DNA of 64,000 nucleotides. Origin: Lama glama (Eukaryota). A program made the translations under genes and the position numbers. Position 1 is the first letter of the stretch. Each line of letters starts with the position of its first letter. Under the pieces are notes generated by a model. The model was not told the origin of the DNA. It ran no database searches and was given only the letters and a program-made list of their open reading frames with translations. Location: contig CM052818.1 of NCBI GenBank assembly GCA_028534125.1, positions 36,086,001-36,150,000 on the forward strand, written 5' to 3'. Below are positions 54,101 to 64,000 of the stretch, piece by piece.

Positions 54101-57100
54101 GGGTGGTACTGCTGGGTGGTATTCTGAGCCTCAGAAAAGCATAGAGTTTGTCAGAGTGAGAAGAAACAATAGTCTGGAATTGGCAGCAAAGAGCACAGAA
54201 AATACTGAAACTATCCTTGATGTAAATGGAGTACTATGTGATAATAAGCTGCGAGGGAAATAGAAGAAAAGCAGTGTCCTAAAGGATCAGCCAAAAAGGC
54301 AAGGAGGTAAGGGAATTTCCATTCAGAGAAGATATGTGGATATGTGGATGTTTTCTGACCAAAGAGAAGCAGCTGCAAGGCAGTGCTGAGGAGAGGAAAG
54401 ATGAGGGATTGGGTCAGATCAAGGGATAAACAGCATTATAGAGATGAGAATTCAGATGGTAAAGGATGACAAGAAAGACTAGATTGATTGGCATGTGAGA
54501 TAGAATTGGTCCTAGTAGCCTTGAAGGAAGACAGGCAGTTCTAATTCTGTGGTCCTTTGGGGCATCTGAAATGATCACTCCTTTAGTCTGCTTGTCGTGA
54601 AACAGAAGTGTAACATTTAAAGTTACTTACCTGATAAAATTATGTTTTGGGGGCCCTCTAATAGACGTGTACAGGACTAGTCGTAATTTTCACTCTTTTA
54701 CTTAAGTCACACTAAGACAAATAGCAAAGCCAGTTCATTGCAAGATGAGGTATTTGACAGGCCATTATTCCACTAGGGAGATTCACAGAATAACATATCT
54801 TTAGCAGTGAGGTACAATGAAAAAAGTACTGATCTAGGAGGCCGAAGTGAAGAAATGAGTTCTAGTCCTATTCATGCCACTTTCTAATTGTGTAATTTTG
54901 TTATTAAACTTTCAGTTTTTGCTTTCTTCCTTTATGAAATGAAGCTGGCAATATCTGCTCTGCCTTCTTCGCAGAGTCCTATGATGATTAAATGAGATAG
55001 CATATATATTGAAGTGCTTTGTGAGCTGTTATGTGCTATATAGTTTGTTGTTGTTAGGGAAGGGATTATCCTAAATCTCCAGAATATCTTTAGTGCGTTG
55101 GAAAGTAACCACTGTTGATTTTGGATAATGGTTAGGGAAATACTTTTCCTTAGAAAGAAGATAGAGTCTGTCAGCACCAGAACTGTGGCCTACTCCAGTG
55201 GGTTAGTTTCTTCTTACCATGTGCTCTCAAGGATCTGGGGTAACCTACATTAGTAGCAAGGTGAGATTTCTTGATTATACAGGTGACAATAAGGCTAACT
55301 AATTTGGGGATCAGGAGCACAAGCCCTTTGGATTGTAAGTAAAAACTTGAATGAGCTATATACTAGATGTTAGAGAAAACATTTCCCAAACCCATAATAT
55401 AAGGGCTAAGGAAGTATTCCCTCCCTTACTTCAGAGAATTTGAGGTCTACCTTGGGAAGCTCTTTTTTCCAATGTGGTGTATAATAGTAGGAAGTGTGGG
55501 CCTAAGAGCTGCTGGGCCACATGGGTTATAAATATTTGTTACTAAAACAGAGGCTCTTAACCCTTTTTGTGCCATCGACTCTTCAACAGTTTGGTGAAGC
55601 CTCTGGACCCCTTCTCAGAATAATGTTTTAAATGTATAAAATGAAATATACAGGATGACAAAATCAAATTATGAGTGACAGAATATTTTTTAAAAACAAA
55701 TCTGTGATATTATAATGTATGTGCTTCTATATCTATATTAATGATTTTAAATAAGGTCTGGTGACATCTAATAGTACCATAATTTTGAAGTCATGAAGTA
55801 ATGTATTTATCAGGTTATCTGTACTAGAATATGAAAATATCTGTGATTTGTGTTGTTGAAAAATGTCACAAATGTAGCTAATGTACTGTGGTCTGTTGCT
55901 TATATTTGGAATTGAAGCACATACTGTATTTCAAATAGAGGTTAGTGAAAGTAAAGATTAATTTTGTTCCTGTCCAAGTTCATGGACCCCTAAATTCTAT
56001 TTAAAAACAACAAAAAACCCTTGAAAGGTCTGTAGCCTCATATTAAGAACCCCTGCACCAGAAGGAAGATAGGTGATTGGATATGCTGATTTTCTTGTCT
56101 GCTTATTCTGTCAGTTACAGAGATTGATATGATAAAATCTTCCACTTTGATTATGGATTTGTCTTTTCCTCTTTAGTTTTGTTGGATTTTTCTTTACAGA
56201 TTTTGAGGCTGTATTACTAGGTACATACAGATTTAGAATCGTTATAGCTGCTGGGAGTAGACCCTTTTATCATTATGAGATGTTCCTCTAGAAATACTTC
56301 TTGCCTGAAAAATCTACTTTTTCTGATAGTAGTTTAACTATGCCAGCTTACTTTTGGTTAGAGTTTAGCATAATAGGTATTTTTCAATCTTCTTATTTTT
56401 AACCTGTATATTTAATCTTCTTATTTTTAACCTGTATATATCTTTATCTTTATGTTGTGTCTTTTAAATACCATATAGTCAGTTTTTAAAATCCAGTCTT
56501 TGTATGTTAATTGACATATTTAGTCTGTTTGCTTTTATTGTAATTACTAAAAACTTTGGATTTAAGTCTACCATTTTTCTCTTTGTTGTCTATTTGTCTC
56601 TCCCATTTTGTGTTCCTTTTTTTCTGTTTTGTTACCCTCTTTTTGACCAAGTATTTTTAAATCAATTTTTCCTCCTCTATTAGTGTGATAGTTATACCTT
56701 CTTCCACTTCTCTGTTGGATATCTAAGAGATTACAGTAAGCATCCTTGATTTCTTAAAGTCTAATATAATTTACTAATTTCACTACTTCCTGGATAATGC
56801 ACTACTTAGGATACTTTTAACTCCATTTACTGCCCATGTCTCTCTCACTCCCACCTTTGTGTTATTCATGTCATATTTTCAACTGTATAAGACATTTTTA
56901 TTATTATTGTTTTATGCTGTCAGTATTTAGATACACTCACATTTATCAGATTTCCCTTGATCAAATCATGAATCAAAAAAAAGGTGGGCTGGGAGAGCTC
57001 ATCAATGAATTTGGTAAAGTTGCAGGATACAAAACTAAAATACAGAAATCAGTCTGTACTTCTATACACTAACAATGAAATATCAGAAAGAGAAATTAAG

Positions 57101-60100
57101 GAAACAATTCCATTTTACCATTACATCAAAAAGAATGAAATACCTAGGAATAAACCTACCTAATAAGGAGGCAAAAAACCTATACCCCCCAAACCATCAG
57201 ACATTAATGAAAGAAATTGAGGATGACACAAACAGATGCAAAGATATACCATGCTCTTGGATTGGAAGAATCAGTATTGTTAAAATGGCCATACTGCCCA
57301 AGACAATCTACAGATTTAGTACAATCCCTATCAAACTACCAATGGCATTTTTCACAAAACTGAAACAAAATTTTTTTTAATTTGTATGGAAACACAGAAG
57401 ACCCTGAATAGCCAAAATAATTTTGAAAAAGATGAACAGAGCTGAGGGAATTACACTCCCTGACTTCATGCTGTACTACAAAGCTATAGTAATCAAAACA
57501 GCATGGTACTGGCACAAAAACAGACACATAGAACAGGATAGAAAGGCCAGAAAGAAACCCATACACTTATCGTCAGTTAATGTACAACAAAGGAAGTAAG
57601 AATATATAATGGAGGAAAGATAGTCTCTTCAATAAGTGGTGCTGGGAAAACTGGACAGCTATATGTAGAAGAATGAAATTAGAACAATCTCTAATACCAT
57701 ATACAAAAATTAACTCTAAGTGGATTAAAGACCTAAATATAAGACCAGATACTCTAAAACTCCTAAAGGAAAACATAGGCAGAACACTCTTTGACATAAA
57801 TCGCAGCAGTATTATTTTCAATCTGTTTTTAGAGTAACGGAAATAAAAGCAAACATAAACAAATGGGAGCTGATTATACTTAAAAGCTTTTGCACAGCAA
57901 AGGAAACCATAAGTAAAACTAAACAACAACCTATGGAATGGGAGAAAATGTTTGCAAACAATGAGACCAACAAGGGATTAATTTCCAAAATATACAAACA
58001 GCTCATACAGCTTAATATCAGAAAAACAAATAACCCCATCAAAAATAGAAGACCTAAATACTCATTTCTTCAAAGGAGACATGCAGATATCCAATAAGCA
58101 CATGAAAAGACGCTCAACATCACTAATTATTAGAGAGATGCAAATCAGAACTACAGTGAGATATCACCTCACACTGGTGAGAACTGCTGTCATCAAAAAG
58201 TCTACAAATAAATGCTGGAGAGGGTATGGAGAAAAGGGAACCTTCCTACATTGTTGGTGGGTATGTAGTTTGGTGCAGCCACTATTGAGGACAGGATAGA
58301 GTTTCCTTAAAAAGCTAAAAATACAGTTACCATGTGATCCAGCAGTCCCATTCCTGGGTATATATTGGGATAAAACTATAATTCAAAAAGATACATGGAC
58401 CCCAATGTTCATGGCAGCAGTACTTAACAATAGCCAAGACATGGGAGCAACCCAAATGTCTATCAACAAATGATTGCATAAAGATGACGTAGTCAATTTA
58501 TACAGTGAAATATTACTCAACCATAAAAAATGAAATAATGCCATTTGCAACAACATGGATGGATGGATTATCATATTGAGTGAAATAAGTCAGACAAAGA
58601 CAGATATCACTTACATGTGGAATCTGAAAAGAAAATGATACAAATGAACTTATTTACAAACCAGAAATAGGCTTACAGACATAGAAAACAAACTATGGTT
58701 ACCAAGGGGGAAAGGGTTATGGGAGAGGGATAAATTAGGAGTTTGGGATTAACCTATACACACTACTATATATAAAATAGATAAACAAGGACCTACTGTA
58801 TAGCACAAGGAACTAAATTCAATATCTTGTAATAATCTACAATGGAAAAGAATCTGAAAAATAATATATATGTATATGTATAATTGAATCACTTTGCTGT
58901 ATACCTGAAATTAACACAACAGTTTAAATCAACTATACTTCAATAAACAAATAAACCTAAAAATAGAAAGAGAAAAAGCTGTTCTTAAGGGCAATATTTA
59001 TACTATTGGGAACATTTTTTAATATGAGCTCTGTTTTAAGTGAAACTATTACATCACTGTTAAATTTCTTTACTTTGGTGCTGACCTTGACGCTGTAGTT
59101 CCCCAGAGTAATGATGGAGTTCTGGGGGTGATAAAAGCACCAGCACCTGCAACTTAGTCAGATTTTTATAGGTCTGAAAGTGTTCAAAATATAAAATTGG
59201 AGAAAAATTTAGAATTCTAAAATGTTGCTAAGTGTATTTATGAACATAAAGTAGTAGATTAAGCATATTTTTAAGATATGAAGGTACTAAGTAGCACAGC
59301 CAAACACTGGGAAATGGAGAGGAGATCGGGGCGGCAGGATAGTACAAATGAGCAGATTCCTTATCTTCCATATCAGGAGTTAATAGCTATTTTCTAATTC
59401 ATAAATCAAGATATACTAATCATAGGTAGGGTTTATTGAAAGTTTTCTCTGTGACTGACACTCTTCTAAATGCTTTGCTTATATTAATTTGTTTAATCCT
59501 TACATTAACCCTGTGATGTAAGTTCTTTATTCACATTTCACATAGAAGTAAATTAAGTTGCCCACGGTCACACAGCTGGCAAGCAGAAATCCAACCCAGA
59601 TAGTCAGGATTTGACCTTAAATGGTTATATTAGGAGAAAAAAGATGAAAATTGTAAGCTTAAGTGTTCAATTTAAGAAGCTAAATAAAAAAAGACTAGCA
59701 TAATAAAGGAAAAAAAAGTAGAAGGAAATTAATGAAACAGAAGACAAAAATTTAATACCAAGAGTCAGGAAAGCCAAAAATTGACTCTTAAAGATTAATA
59801 AAATTAACAAACCTTTGGCAAGACTGATTCAAAAAAAAGCAGAAATAAGAAAGGGATGAAAAGGAGATATAACTAAATATATTGCAAACAATAAAAGAGA
59901 AGGGGATATTATGACTAGCGCTATCGTCATGAAGTATTTTAATTCTGTAGTTTAAAATCTTCTTTAAAAGAGAATACAGACCCAGAGTTTTTACTGAAGG
60001 AACAAATCACGCCAGTCTTCTACAGCTATTTCAAAATACAGAAGAAGAGGGAATATTTCCAACTCATCATATGAAGTTGTCATAAACATCAAAAAAAATT

Positions 60101-63100
60101 TTGTTGGTGTTTTTTGTTTTGTGGGGAGGGTAACTAGGCTTACTTATTATTATTTTCTTTTTATTTAACAGAGGTCCTGGGAATAGAACCCGTGACCCCA
60201 TGCATGCTAAACATGCACCCTGCCACTGAGCTATACCCACCCGCAACATCAAAATTTGATAATAGTAGAAGAAAGGATAATTGTAGGCCAATTTAACATT
60301 GAGGCAAAAATTCTAAACGATATTCAATAGTTGAATGTGGAAATTTATTAGAAGGATACTGCATTATGACCAAGTTGGATTTATCTTAGCCATGCAAAGA
60401 TGATTTGACATATAAAAATGTTTACTATAATTTGTCATATAAACATTAAAGGAGAAAATGGTATGCTTGTCTCACTAAGTGCAGAAAAGATATCTGATAA
60501 AATTTAACACCAATTTATGATTAAAAAAATGAAAAAGTTATTGGCATATTAGGAATAGAACTTCCTAAACCTGAAAAGATGATTTTTTATTGTATTGAAA
60601 CTGAAAGCAGTTATGTTCATAAATGCAGACTGTTGTTCTCAGTTAACTGATAATCCTGAAAGTGTGACTTAACTCAGAGGAATGAGTCTAATGATAAGAA
60701 TTTCTAGAATCATTGTAGTCATGCAGAGGAAGTATTTCTTGGAAACCCCTTTGGTGCTCTTCAGATCTTATTAATATGCATAGGCTATTATTTATGTATT
60801 TTCATCCAGCAAATACTAATTAAATAACTTCATTGTACCAGGGTCTCTCTTGGTGAAAGACAGTCCTATTGTCAAGAAGCTCGCTCCAGTGGAGAGATAG
60901 TCATACAGTCAGAAGTCACATACTCTGACTGTGGTAGAGGAATGCACAGAATGCCTTGGGGAGCACAAGGAAACTCATTAATTCAGACACTGGAGGACTG
61001 GGCTAATGAAGGAAGACGGAGCAGAGCAGTATTTTATAGGACAAGTTAGAGGGCTAACCTTGCAGCCAATTAAAATCAGACATTAATTTGCCTCCTCTTT
61101 ACTCTCCTTTTAAACTTACAATTCTCCTTTTTAATGACTATAGCCAATAATAATAGCTAATGTTTATTGAGGATTTATTGTCTGTCCTGCACTGTTGTAA
61201 GCACTTTATGTGTATCTACCCATTCAGTCCTCACAACAATATTGTAGGCATGTGCTATAATTAACCCCATGTTACATTTGAGGAAACAGCAAAGTAGCTT
61301 CCTTAAGATTGCTCAGCTTGTCACTGACAGAGCCTGATTCAGATCTTGGCAGTCTTATTCCAGGCCTGTGCTCCTGGAGTCCTTATCACTAAACCACACT
61401 GCTTCTCCATAGATTGTAACCGCCGCATTCTTCTGCTTTTCAATAGAATTTAGAGAAAGGTGCAACAAAGAGAGCTATAGAAGCTGAGGTCTGTGGAAGC
61501 TTTGCTGTGAATGCAGTATTTGTATTATTATTGTCTTAAGCTGCCAGTCTTGATCTTGGACATTTTGGACCTAGTCTATGGATACCACATTTACTCAGAA
61601 CAGATCTACCATTTCAATCAAGTTAAATAAATATAAAATATTTTATTTCTGAAAAGAAATGGAGTTTGGGTTGTGCTTGTTTGTATTTGATTTGGAGTTT
61701 TGTTTTTGTGTGGGGGTAGATGCCCCAAAACATCTTTTACGAAAACATTGTATCCAAATCTTGTCTTAGCTCTCACCTTTGCTGTGAAGCCTCTTTTGAT
61801 TAGTTTATGGTTTGTGGGGATTTTTGTTTGTTTTTAGGTTTTTTATCTTCTTTATTCCAGCCTTTTTCTCCTCTCTAGTTCAGGATTCTATAGATTCCAA
61901 GTAAAAGAAACTCACTTCAGAATAGTTAAGCTAAAAAGAGTGGTTATTGGAAGAGTACTAGGACCACTGACTGAAGCAATAGAAGGTGCAGTTCCTAGAC
62001 ACAGAAATGAATTTGGAGATTTTGTTTCCCTGTGTTCCCTCTCCTCGCTTTCCTGTGCTGACTTCATTCCTACCCCTGATGGCCTCACCAGGAAGTGGGG
62101 CAGCTCCAAGTTTGCCTTATCCCAATTTAATGAGCTTAGAAAAAGAAAAACTTCTTTCTCTGGTCTTTAATATATCTGAATTGCAGGAGGGGATTCTGGC
62201 CCAGCTCAGATATGTGCATGTCCTTTGAGCCAGGGACATGAGGTGCTGTGATGTTTAGATCAAGTGACCACACTTGGGTGGAAGGGGCAGGAGAAGTCAA
62301 TTTGACACTCAGGAAAACCACACAGAAGGGTGAGGTTGGGGGGTAGATCAGTTTCCTAAAAGGAGGAAGGGTGCTGTTAGAAGAAGAGGGCAAGAAAATG
62401 CTGAACAGGTTATTACAAGTTTCTGCTAAGACACTTAATTGTATCCCAGATTTTGGCACTTTTCTCTACTTTGAGATTATAAACTCTTTGAAGGCAAAGA
62501 CTATATATATAGATTTAGGAGTCAGGTGGCGTTGGATTGGATCCCCTGTGAATCTTTATAGTACTTTGCACAGAACTAGGTGCTCAATAAACAGTTGTTT
62601 ATTTTAATTCCTGTTTGGAATACTTTTCATTATTTTGGTTCATTCTAGACGTCGTTTTAGGTAGGCATTATCTTTTCCACTTTTAGTTATTGACTTATTT
62701 AATATATTTAATTAGTATTTACATTAAAGTAATATTGAATAGTTATTGAATTATTTAGTAATTGCTTCTGTGTTTAGTTCAAGATCTTACTGAATAAAAA
62801 TTATGGGTAACCTGGTTAAACTGCATATGTTAAATACATGATTAAGCAAAATTCCTCTTCAAGTATTATGAGAAGCACATTGTTTCCCCTTTTTTTAATG
62901 GATTGTTTTTTTATTGAAAATGAAGTACCAAGTCAAAGAATTGTGAAAGATTTTATGTTCCTTAGAAATGAATTAGTACAAAAATAGATGATTTTAACAT
63001 GTATTTGTCCTCAGTGGCTACGTACCTTAAATACTTGCTATAGTCAAGATTTTTTAAATCATCCAGATGTTTTTTAAGACTTTTCATTTTTTTTGCTTTA

Positions 63101-63346
63101 GTTTCACTTGCTTTAGGATTTTTATCATTTAATGCAAATGTCACATTTTTACATGAGACAAAGATTTTTCAATCAATGGCATATTGACTTCTTTTTATTG
63201 TCTCCTTAGGAACTGAGAGAAAGCTACAATACACAGCAGTTAGCCCTTGAACAACTTTATAAGATCAAACGTGACAAATTGAAAGAAATTGAAAGAAAAA
63301 GATCAGAGCTAATACAGAAAAAGAAACTAGAAGATGAGGCTACAAG
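14614..63346 (+). CDS. ITSN2: Intersectin-2, 5' part of spliced CDS (17 exons; 3'-partial)
   Basis: Joined exons translate without stops from [30 protein letters not shown] through two EH domains and a K/L/E/R/Q coiled coil to KKLEDEAT, matching recalled mammalian ITSN2. All junctions GT-AG with consistent phase. Confidence 0.98.
16615..16800. mobile_element. MER3-like hAT-Charlie DNA transposon
   Basis: gtagccagtagctacctatggctattt...agccacatttcaggtgctc...agccacatgtggctaatggcta pattern. Confidence 0.75.
19030..20300 (-). mobile_element. Old L1 (L1MB/ME-like) ORF2 end and 3' UTR
   Basis: Minus-strand [10 protein letters not shown]; ccttcccaccagcaatgtgtgagagtt and tgcttatttgccatctgtata motifs. 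Confidence 0.85.
20330..20960. mobile_element. MIR cluster
   Basis: MIR core motifs, e.g. tttcctcatctgtaaaatgggggtaatagtagcaccta and acaacaaccctgtggag. Confidence 0.7.
22975..23140. mobile_element. MER5A-like DNA transposon
   Basis: atcacctggagagcttttaaaaa...cccccagagattctaatttaattggtctg...gatgattc...ttggaaacctctg. Confidence 0.75.
24790..26340 (-). mobile_element. Degenerate class III (ERVL-like) pol remnant: connection, RNase H, integrase
   Basis: Hand translation of the minus strand gives VKWKWYI (~26170), AWFTNGS (~26015), [17 protein letters not shown] (~25850-25900) and VDTFSGY...[10 protein letters not shown] (ORF 25342..25578), in retroviral pol order. Confidence 0.85.
26440..26602 (+). 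mobile_element. Old L1M 3' terminus
   Basis: ggaaccctgtactatctttgcagctttcctgtaaatctaaaaatattct motif. Confidence 0.7.
27273..27365 (+). CDS. ITSN2: ITSN2 exon 3, start of EH1: [30 protein letters not shown]
   Basis: ttttag| acceptor; CAG|gtttgt donor; 93 nt, phase 1-1. Confidence 0.96.
27758..27791. repeat. (ATGT)n microsatellite, about 8.5 units
   Basis: Directly visible. Confidence 0.95.
28339..28770. mobile_element. Old LTR, probably ERVL class
   Basis: Starts tgttacagtctcatggatgctag...cagagacaaaggac, resembling recalled LTR40-like termini; family uncertain. Confidence 0.5.
29107..29170 (+). CDS. ITSN2: ITSN2 exon 4, EH1: [22 protein letters not shown]
   Basis: ctttag| acceptor; ATG|gtaaaa donor; 64 nt, phase 1-2. 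Confidence 0.96.
29978..30141 (+). CDS. ITSN2: ITSN2 exon 5, EH1 EF-hand: [24 protein letters not shown]...SARF
   Basis: cttttag| acceptor; G|gtatgt donor; 164 nt, phase 2-1; DxNxDG EF-hand loop. Confidence 0.97.
30306..30430. mobile_element. MER94-like hAT-Blackjack element
   Basis: gggtgtcc...tgtcccagtcttccagggacagt...gcctgttgtt...taaattatatgatccct. Confidence 0.65.
31071..31106 (+). repeat. (GT)18 microsatellite
   Basis: Perfect 36-nt array in intron 5. Confidence 0.98.
31471..31677 (+). CDS. ITSN2: ITSN2 exon 6, Pro/Ser-rich linker: [18 protein letters not shown]...IPYSSS
   Basis: tttttag| acceptor; A|gtaagt donor; 207 nt, phase 1-1; inside ORF 31449..31748. Confidence 0.96.
31819..31915 (+). 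CDS. ITSN2: ITSN2 exon 7: [32 protein letters not shown]
   Basis: Long pyrimidine tract + cag|; AG|gtatga donor; 97 nt, phase 1-2. Confidence 0.95.
32742..32881 (+). CDS. ITSN2: ITSN2 exon 8, start of EH2: [46 protein letters not shown]
   Basis: ttacag| acceptor; G|gtgagt donor; 140 nt, phase 2-1. Confidence 0.96.
34105..34310. mobile_element. MER104/Kanga-like Tc2 DNA transposon
   Basis: cattttaacatctctaaaattgagatg...gtgtcttataatcgttgcatcttagattctgtaaaata motif. Confidence 0.6.
34420..34875 (+). mobile_element. Old L1 (L1MB/ME-like) 3' end
   Basis: aaatgtccatcaac...gaatgaactgctgatacatgcagcaacatggat...ttctggggtgctggaaacattctgtatcttga. Confidence 0.8.
36660..37400 (-). mobile_element. L2 3' portion
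   Basis: gcaaatagttattaagcttctatgtgctaggc terminus; gaaggcctttcagagaaggtgacatt; tttctggcttgagccactggatgg. Confidence 0.75.
37736..37799 (+). CDS. ITSN2: ITSN2 exon 9, EH2: [22 protein letters not shown]
   Basis: aatcag| acceptor; TG|gtgagt donor; 64 nt, phase 1-2. Confidence 0.96.
38332..38469 (+). CDS. ITSN2: ITSN2 exon 10, EH2 EF-hand: [22 protein letters not shown]...PPSF
   Basis: ctttag| acceptor; AG|gtgagt donor; 138 nt, phase 2-2; DxDxDG loop. Confidence 0.97.
38935..39020 (+). CDS. ITSN2: ITSN2 exon 11: [28 protein letters not shown]
   Basis: tcttag| acceptor; CAG|gtaaca donor; 86 nt, phase 2-1. Confidence 0.95.
39737..39999 (+). CDS. ITSN2: ITSN2 exon 12, start of coiled coil: [23 protein letters not shown]...KEIERRE
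   Basis: cttcag| acceptor; GAG|gttatt donor; 263 nt, phase 1-0; inside ORF 39670..40029. Confidence 0.96.
40862..41011 (+). CDS. ITSN2: ITSN2 exon 13, coiled coil: [20 protein letters not shown]...LELEAL
   Basis: ttttcag| acceptor; CTG|gtatgg donor; 150 nt, phase 0-0. Confidence 0.96.
42227..42627 (-). mobile_element. MLT1A-like (MaLR) solo LTR
   Basis: ggctgccataacaaaa...ccaagatcaaggtgccagcagg...tgaggcctctctccttggcttgcagacggctgccttct...ggggacacagttcagcct. Confidence 0.88.
43168..43308 (+). CDS. ITSN2: ITSN2 exon 14, coiled coil: [19 protein letters not shown]...LQQELQ
   Basis: cctatag| acceptor; CAG|gtaagt donor; 141 nt, phase 0-0. Confidence 0.96.
44263..44350 (+). CDS. ITSN2: ITSN2 exon 15: [29 protein letters not shown]
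   Basis: tttttataag| acceptor; G|gtaagt donor; 88 nt, phase 0-1. Confidence 0.95.
46320..47846 (+). mobile_element. Old L1M ORF2/3' remnant
   Basis: EFSKVPGYK peptide; ggagactaaccctatcagatatcaa; ttagaaacaacctaaatg. Confidence 0.75.
47861..48127 (+). mobile_element. Young L1 3' end with (AATA)11 tail
   Basis: Perfect 14-bp TSD aaaacaagttgcta (47847-47860, 48128-48141). Confidence 0.93.
48348..48587. mobile_element. Tigger2/MER8-like non-autonomous DNA transposon
   Basis: TIRs cagttgaccctgaa / ttcaagggtcaaccg with TA target duplication on both sides. Confidence 0.88.
48831..49026 (-). mobile_element. Young L1 3' end running into the assembly gap
   Basis: T15 tail, then reverse complement of the same L1 3' UTR family as 47861-48127. 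Confidence 0.92.
49027..49126. other. Assembly gap (100 N, probably a placeholder of unknown size)
   Basis: Run of exactly 100 n. Confidence 0.99.
49182..49321 (+). CDS. ITSN2: ITSN2 exon 16: [47 protein letters not shown]
   Basis: atttcag| acceptor; AAG|gtattt donor; 140 nt, phase 1-0. Confidence 0.95.
50478..50558 (+). CDS. ITSN2: ITSN2 exon 17, probable cassette exon: [27 protein letters not shown]
   Basis: cttacag| acceptor; AAG|gttatt donor; 81 nt, phase 0-0; matches the recalled segment of human ITSN2. Confidence 0.9.
51277..51389 (+). mobile_element. tRNA-Ala-derived SINE (Vic-1-like)
   Basis: A box tagctcagtgg, B box ggttcaatcc, AT-rich tail; TSD tggatggcaa (51267-51276, 51394-51403). 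Confidence 0.92.
52113..52436 (+). mobile_element. L1MA-like 3' end within L2-like sequence
   Basis: tctaatgtacagcatggtaactgtagttaacaatactgtattgtat...atcatttcacagtgtatac...taataaag. Confidence 0.8.
55548..56055. mobile_element. Charlie4a-like hAT DNA transposon
   Basis: TIRs cagaggctcttaac / ttaagaacccctg; tggtgaagcctctggaccccttctcagaataatg; about 510 bp. Confidence 0.8.
56090..56950 (-). mobile_element. Old L1M fragment (ORF2 endonuclease side)
   Basis: tttgaggctgtattactaggtacatacagatttagaat; cccttttatcattatg; tttaagtctaccatt. Confidence 0.7.
56990..58965 (+). mobile_element. About 2 kb 5'-truncated L1 (ORF2 RT-to-end + 3' UTR), frameshifted
   Basis: [44 protein letters not shown]...LHCWW peptides in shifting frames; L1 3' UTR and A-rich tail. 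Confidence 0.95.
59620..60600 (+). mobile_element. Old L1 ORF2 fragment interrupted by a SINE
   Basis: aaacctttggcaagactgatt; gaagagggaatatttccaactc; atgaccaagttggatttatc; gcagaaaagatatctgataaaattt. Confidence 0.8.
60095..60244 (-). mobile_element. tRNA-Ala-derived SINE (Vic-1-like)
   Basis: Reverse complement of gggtatagctcagtggcagggtgcatgtttagcatgcatggggtcacgggttc; TSD aacatcaaaa (60085-60094, 60245-60254). Confidence 0.9.
61150..61410 (-). mobile_element. MIR
   Basis: taatagctaatgtttattgagg...gcactgttgtaagcacttta...cctcacaacaa...tgaggaaac. Confidence 0.75.
63210..63346 (+). CDS. ITSN2: ITSN2 exon 18: [45 protein letters not shown]
   Basis: ctccttag| acceptor; AAG|gtaata donor; 137 nt, phase 0-2. 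Confidence 0.95.
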
Positions 63347-64000
63347 GTAATATCACTGATAAATTTATTATGCTAGGTTGCTATTAGAATTCTGATTTTG
63401 TGGCCCATATCTTCAGTTTTACTATGAAAATTTAAGAGGAATAAAATGATTATCCTAAGATGTTAATTAGATTATAAATTTTAGAAGTTTTTCTTTTAAG
63501 GATTGGGTTTGTAGTAACCAATTTTATGTTCTGTTAGTGAAAAATATGGACTTTGGAGTCAGACCTGGATTAGAATTCTTGATCTGCTACTGATTATCCA
63601 AGGATGACCTGGGTTTAGTCACTTTACTTTTCTAAACCTCCATATTTCCATATGAAAAATGGAAACATTAATGCATACCTCATAAGTAACTGAGAATTAT
63701 AAATAAAACAATGTAGCTAAAGAGCCAAGTATGTTTTGCAGGTAATAAGCACTCATTATTTCTCTCCATAGTAAATCTATTATTGTTTCCTGAAAAATCA
63801 TAAAAACCAAGTACTTAATTTTATGGCGTGGTAAATACTGAATGTAGAACTGCCAGGTTGGTGCAGTTCTCTTTGTATATATCTGAGATATATCAACTGC
63901 CTCCATATATCGTAATAAGTAAGACAGCTGTGGTATCTGAATCATAGAACCATCCATTTAGAGACTTTGCATGATTTTTTTTCTATCAGTAAGATACTAT

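Noticed and set aside
56990..58965. Active L1 or domesticated RT gene
   Set aside because: 5'-truncated, with ORF2 broken by frameshifts and stops.
59067..59145. Possible stem-loop (tggtgct/agcacca; ccccaga/tctgggg) as an ncRNA
   Set aside because: Short interrupted stems in sequence resembling a decayed L1M 3' end; compatible with chance.
1..64000. Most ORF-track entries as independent genes
   Set aside because: They are short and overlap L1, LTR, SINE or AT-rich intron sequence, or are antisense or off-frame shadows of ITSN2 exons (e.g. 29038..29250, 38317..38508, 43127..43312).
1..64000. CRISPR array, prokaryotic operon or foreign insert
   Set aside because: No regularly spaced repeat-spacer structure, no long ORFs and no compositional break; everything fits mammalian intron/exon DNA.

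Overview
Mammalian genomic DNA, most likely a camelid: it carries tRNA-Ala-derived Vic-1-like SINEs and young L1 3' ends. The whole window lies inside the + strand ITSN2 (intersectin-2) gene. I traced 17 coding exons by hand from the ATG at 14614 to 63346 (2084 nt, 694 codons + 2 nt). All have GT-AG junctions, consistent phases and no stops, and encode EH1, a Pro/Ser linker, EH2 and most of the KLERQ coiled coil. The promoter/first exon and the SH3/DH/PH/C2 exons lie outside the window. Exon numbers assume one upstream non-coding exon, as in human. Introns are filled with L1, L2, MIR, DNA transposons, MER41-like and MLT1 LTRs and a decayed class III ERV pol fragment; there is a 100-N gap. I found no new multi-gene system. 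The best leads are post-transcriptional: a hydrophobic 27-aa cassette exon, mirror-image EH1/EH2 exon structure allowing in-frame chimeric or circular products, a candidate UG-repeat cryptic exon, a young L1 next to a splice acceptor, and a uORF. Repeat family names come from recalled consensus similarity, not a database search, and repeat boundaries without TSDs are approximate.
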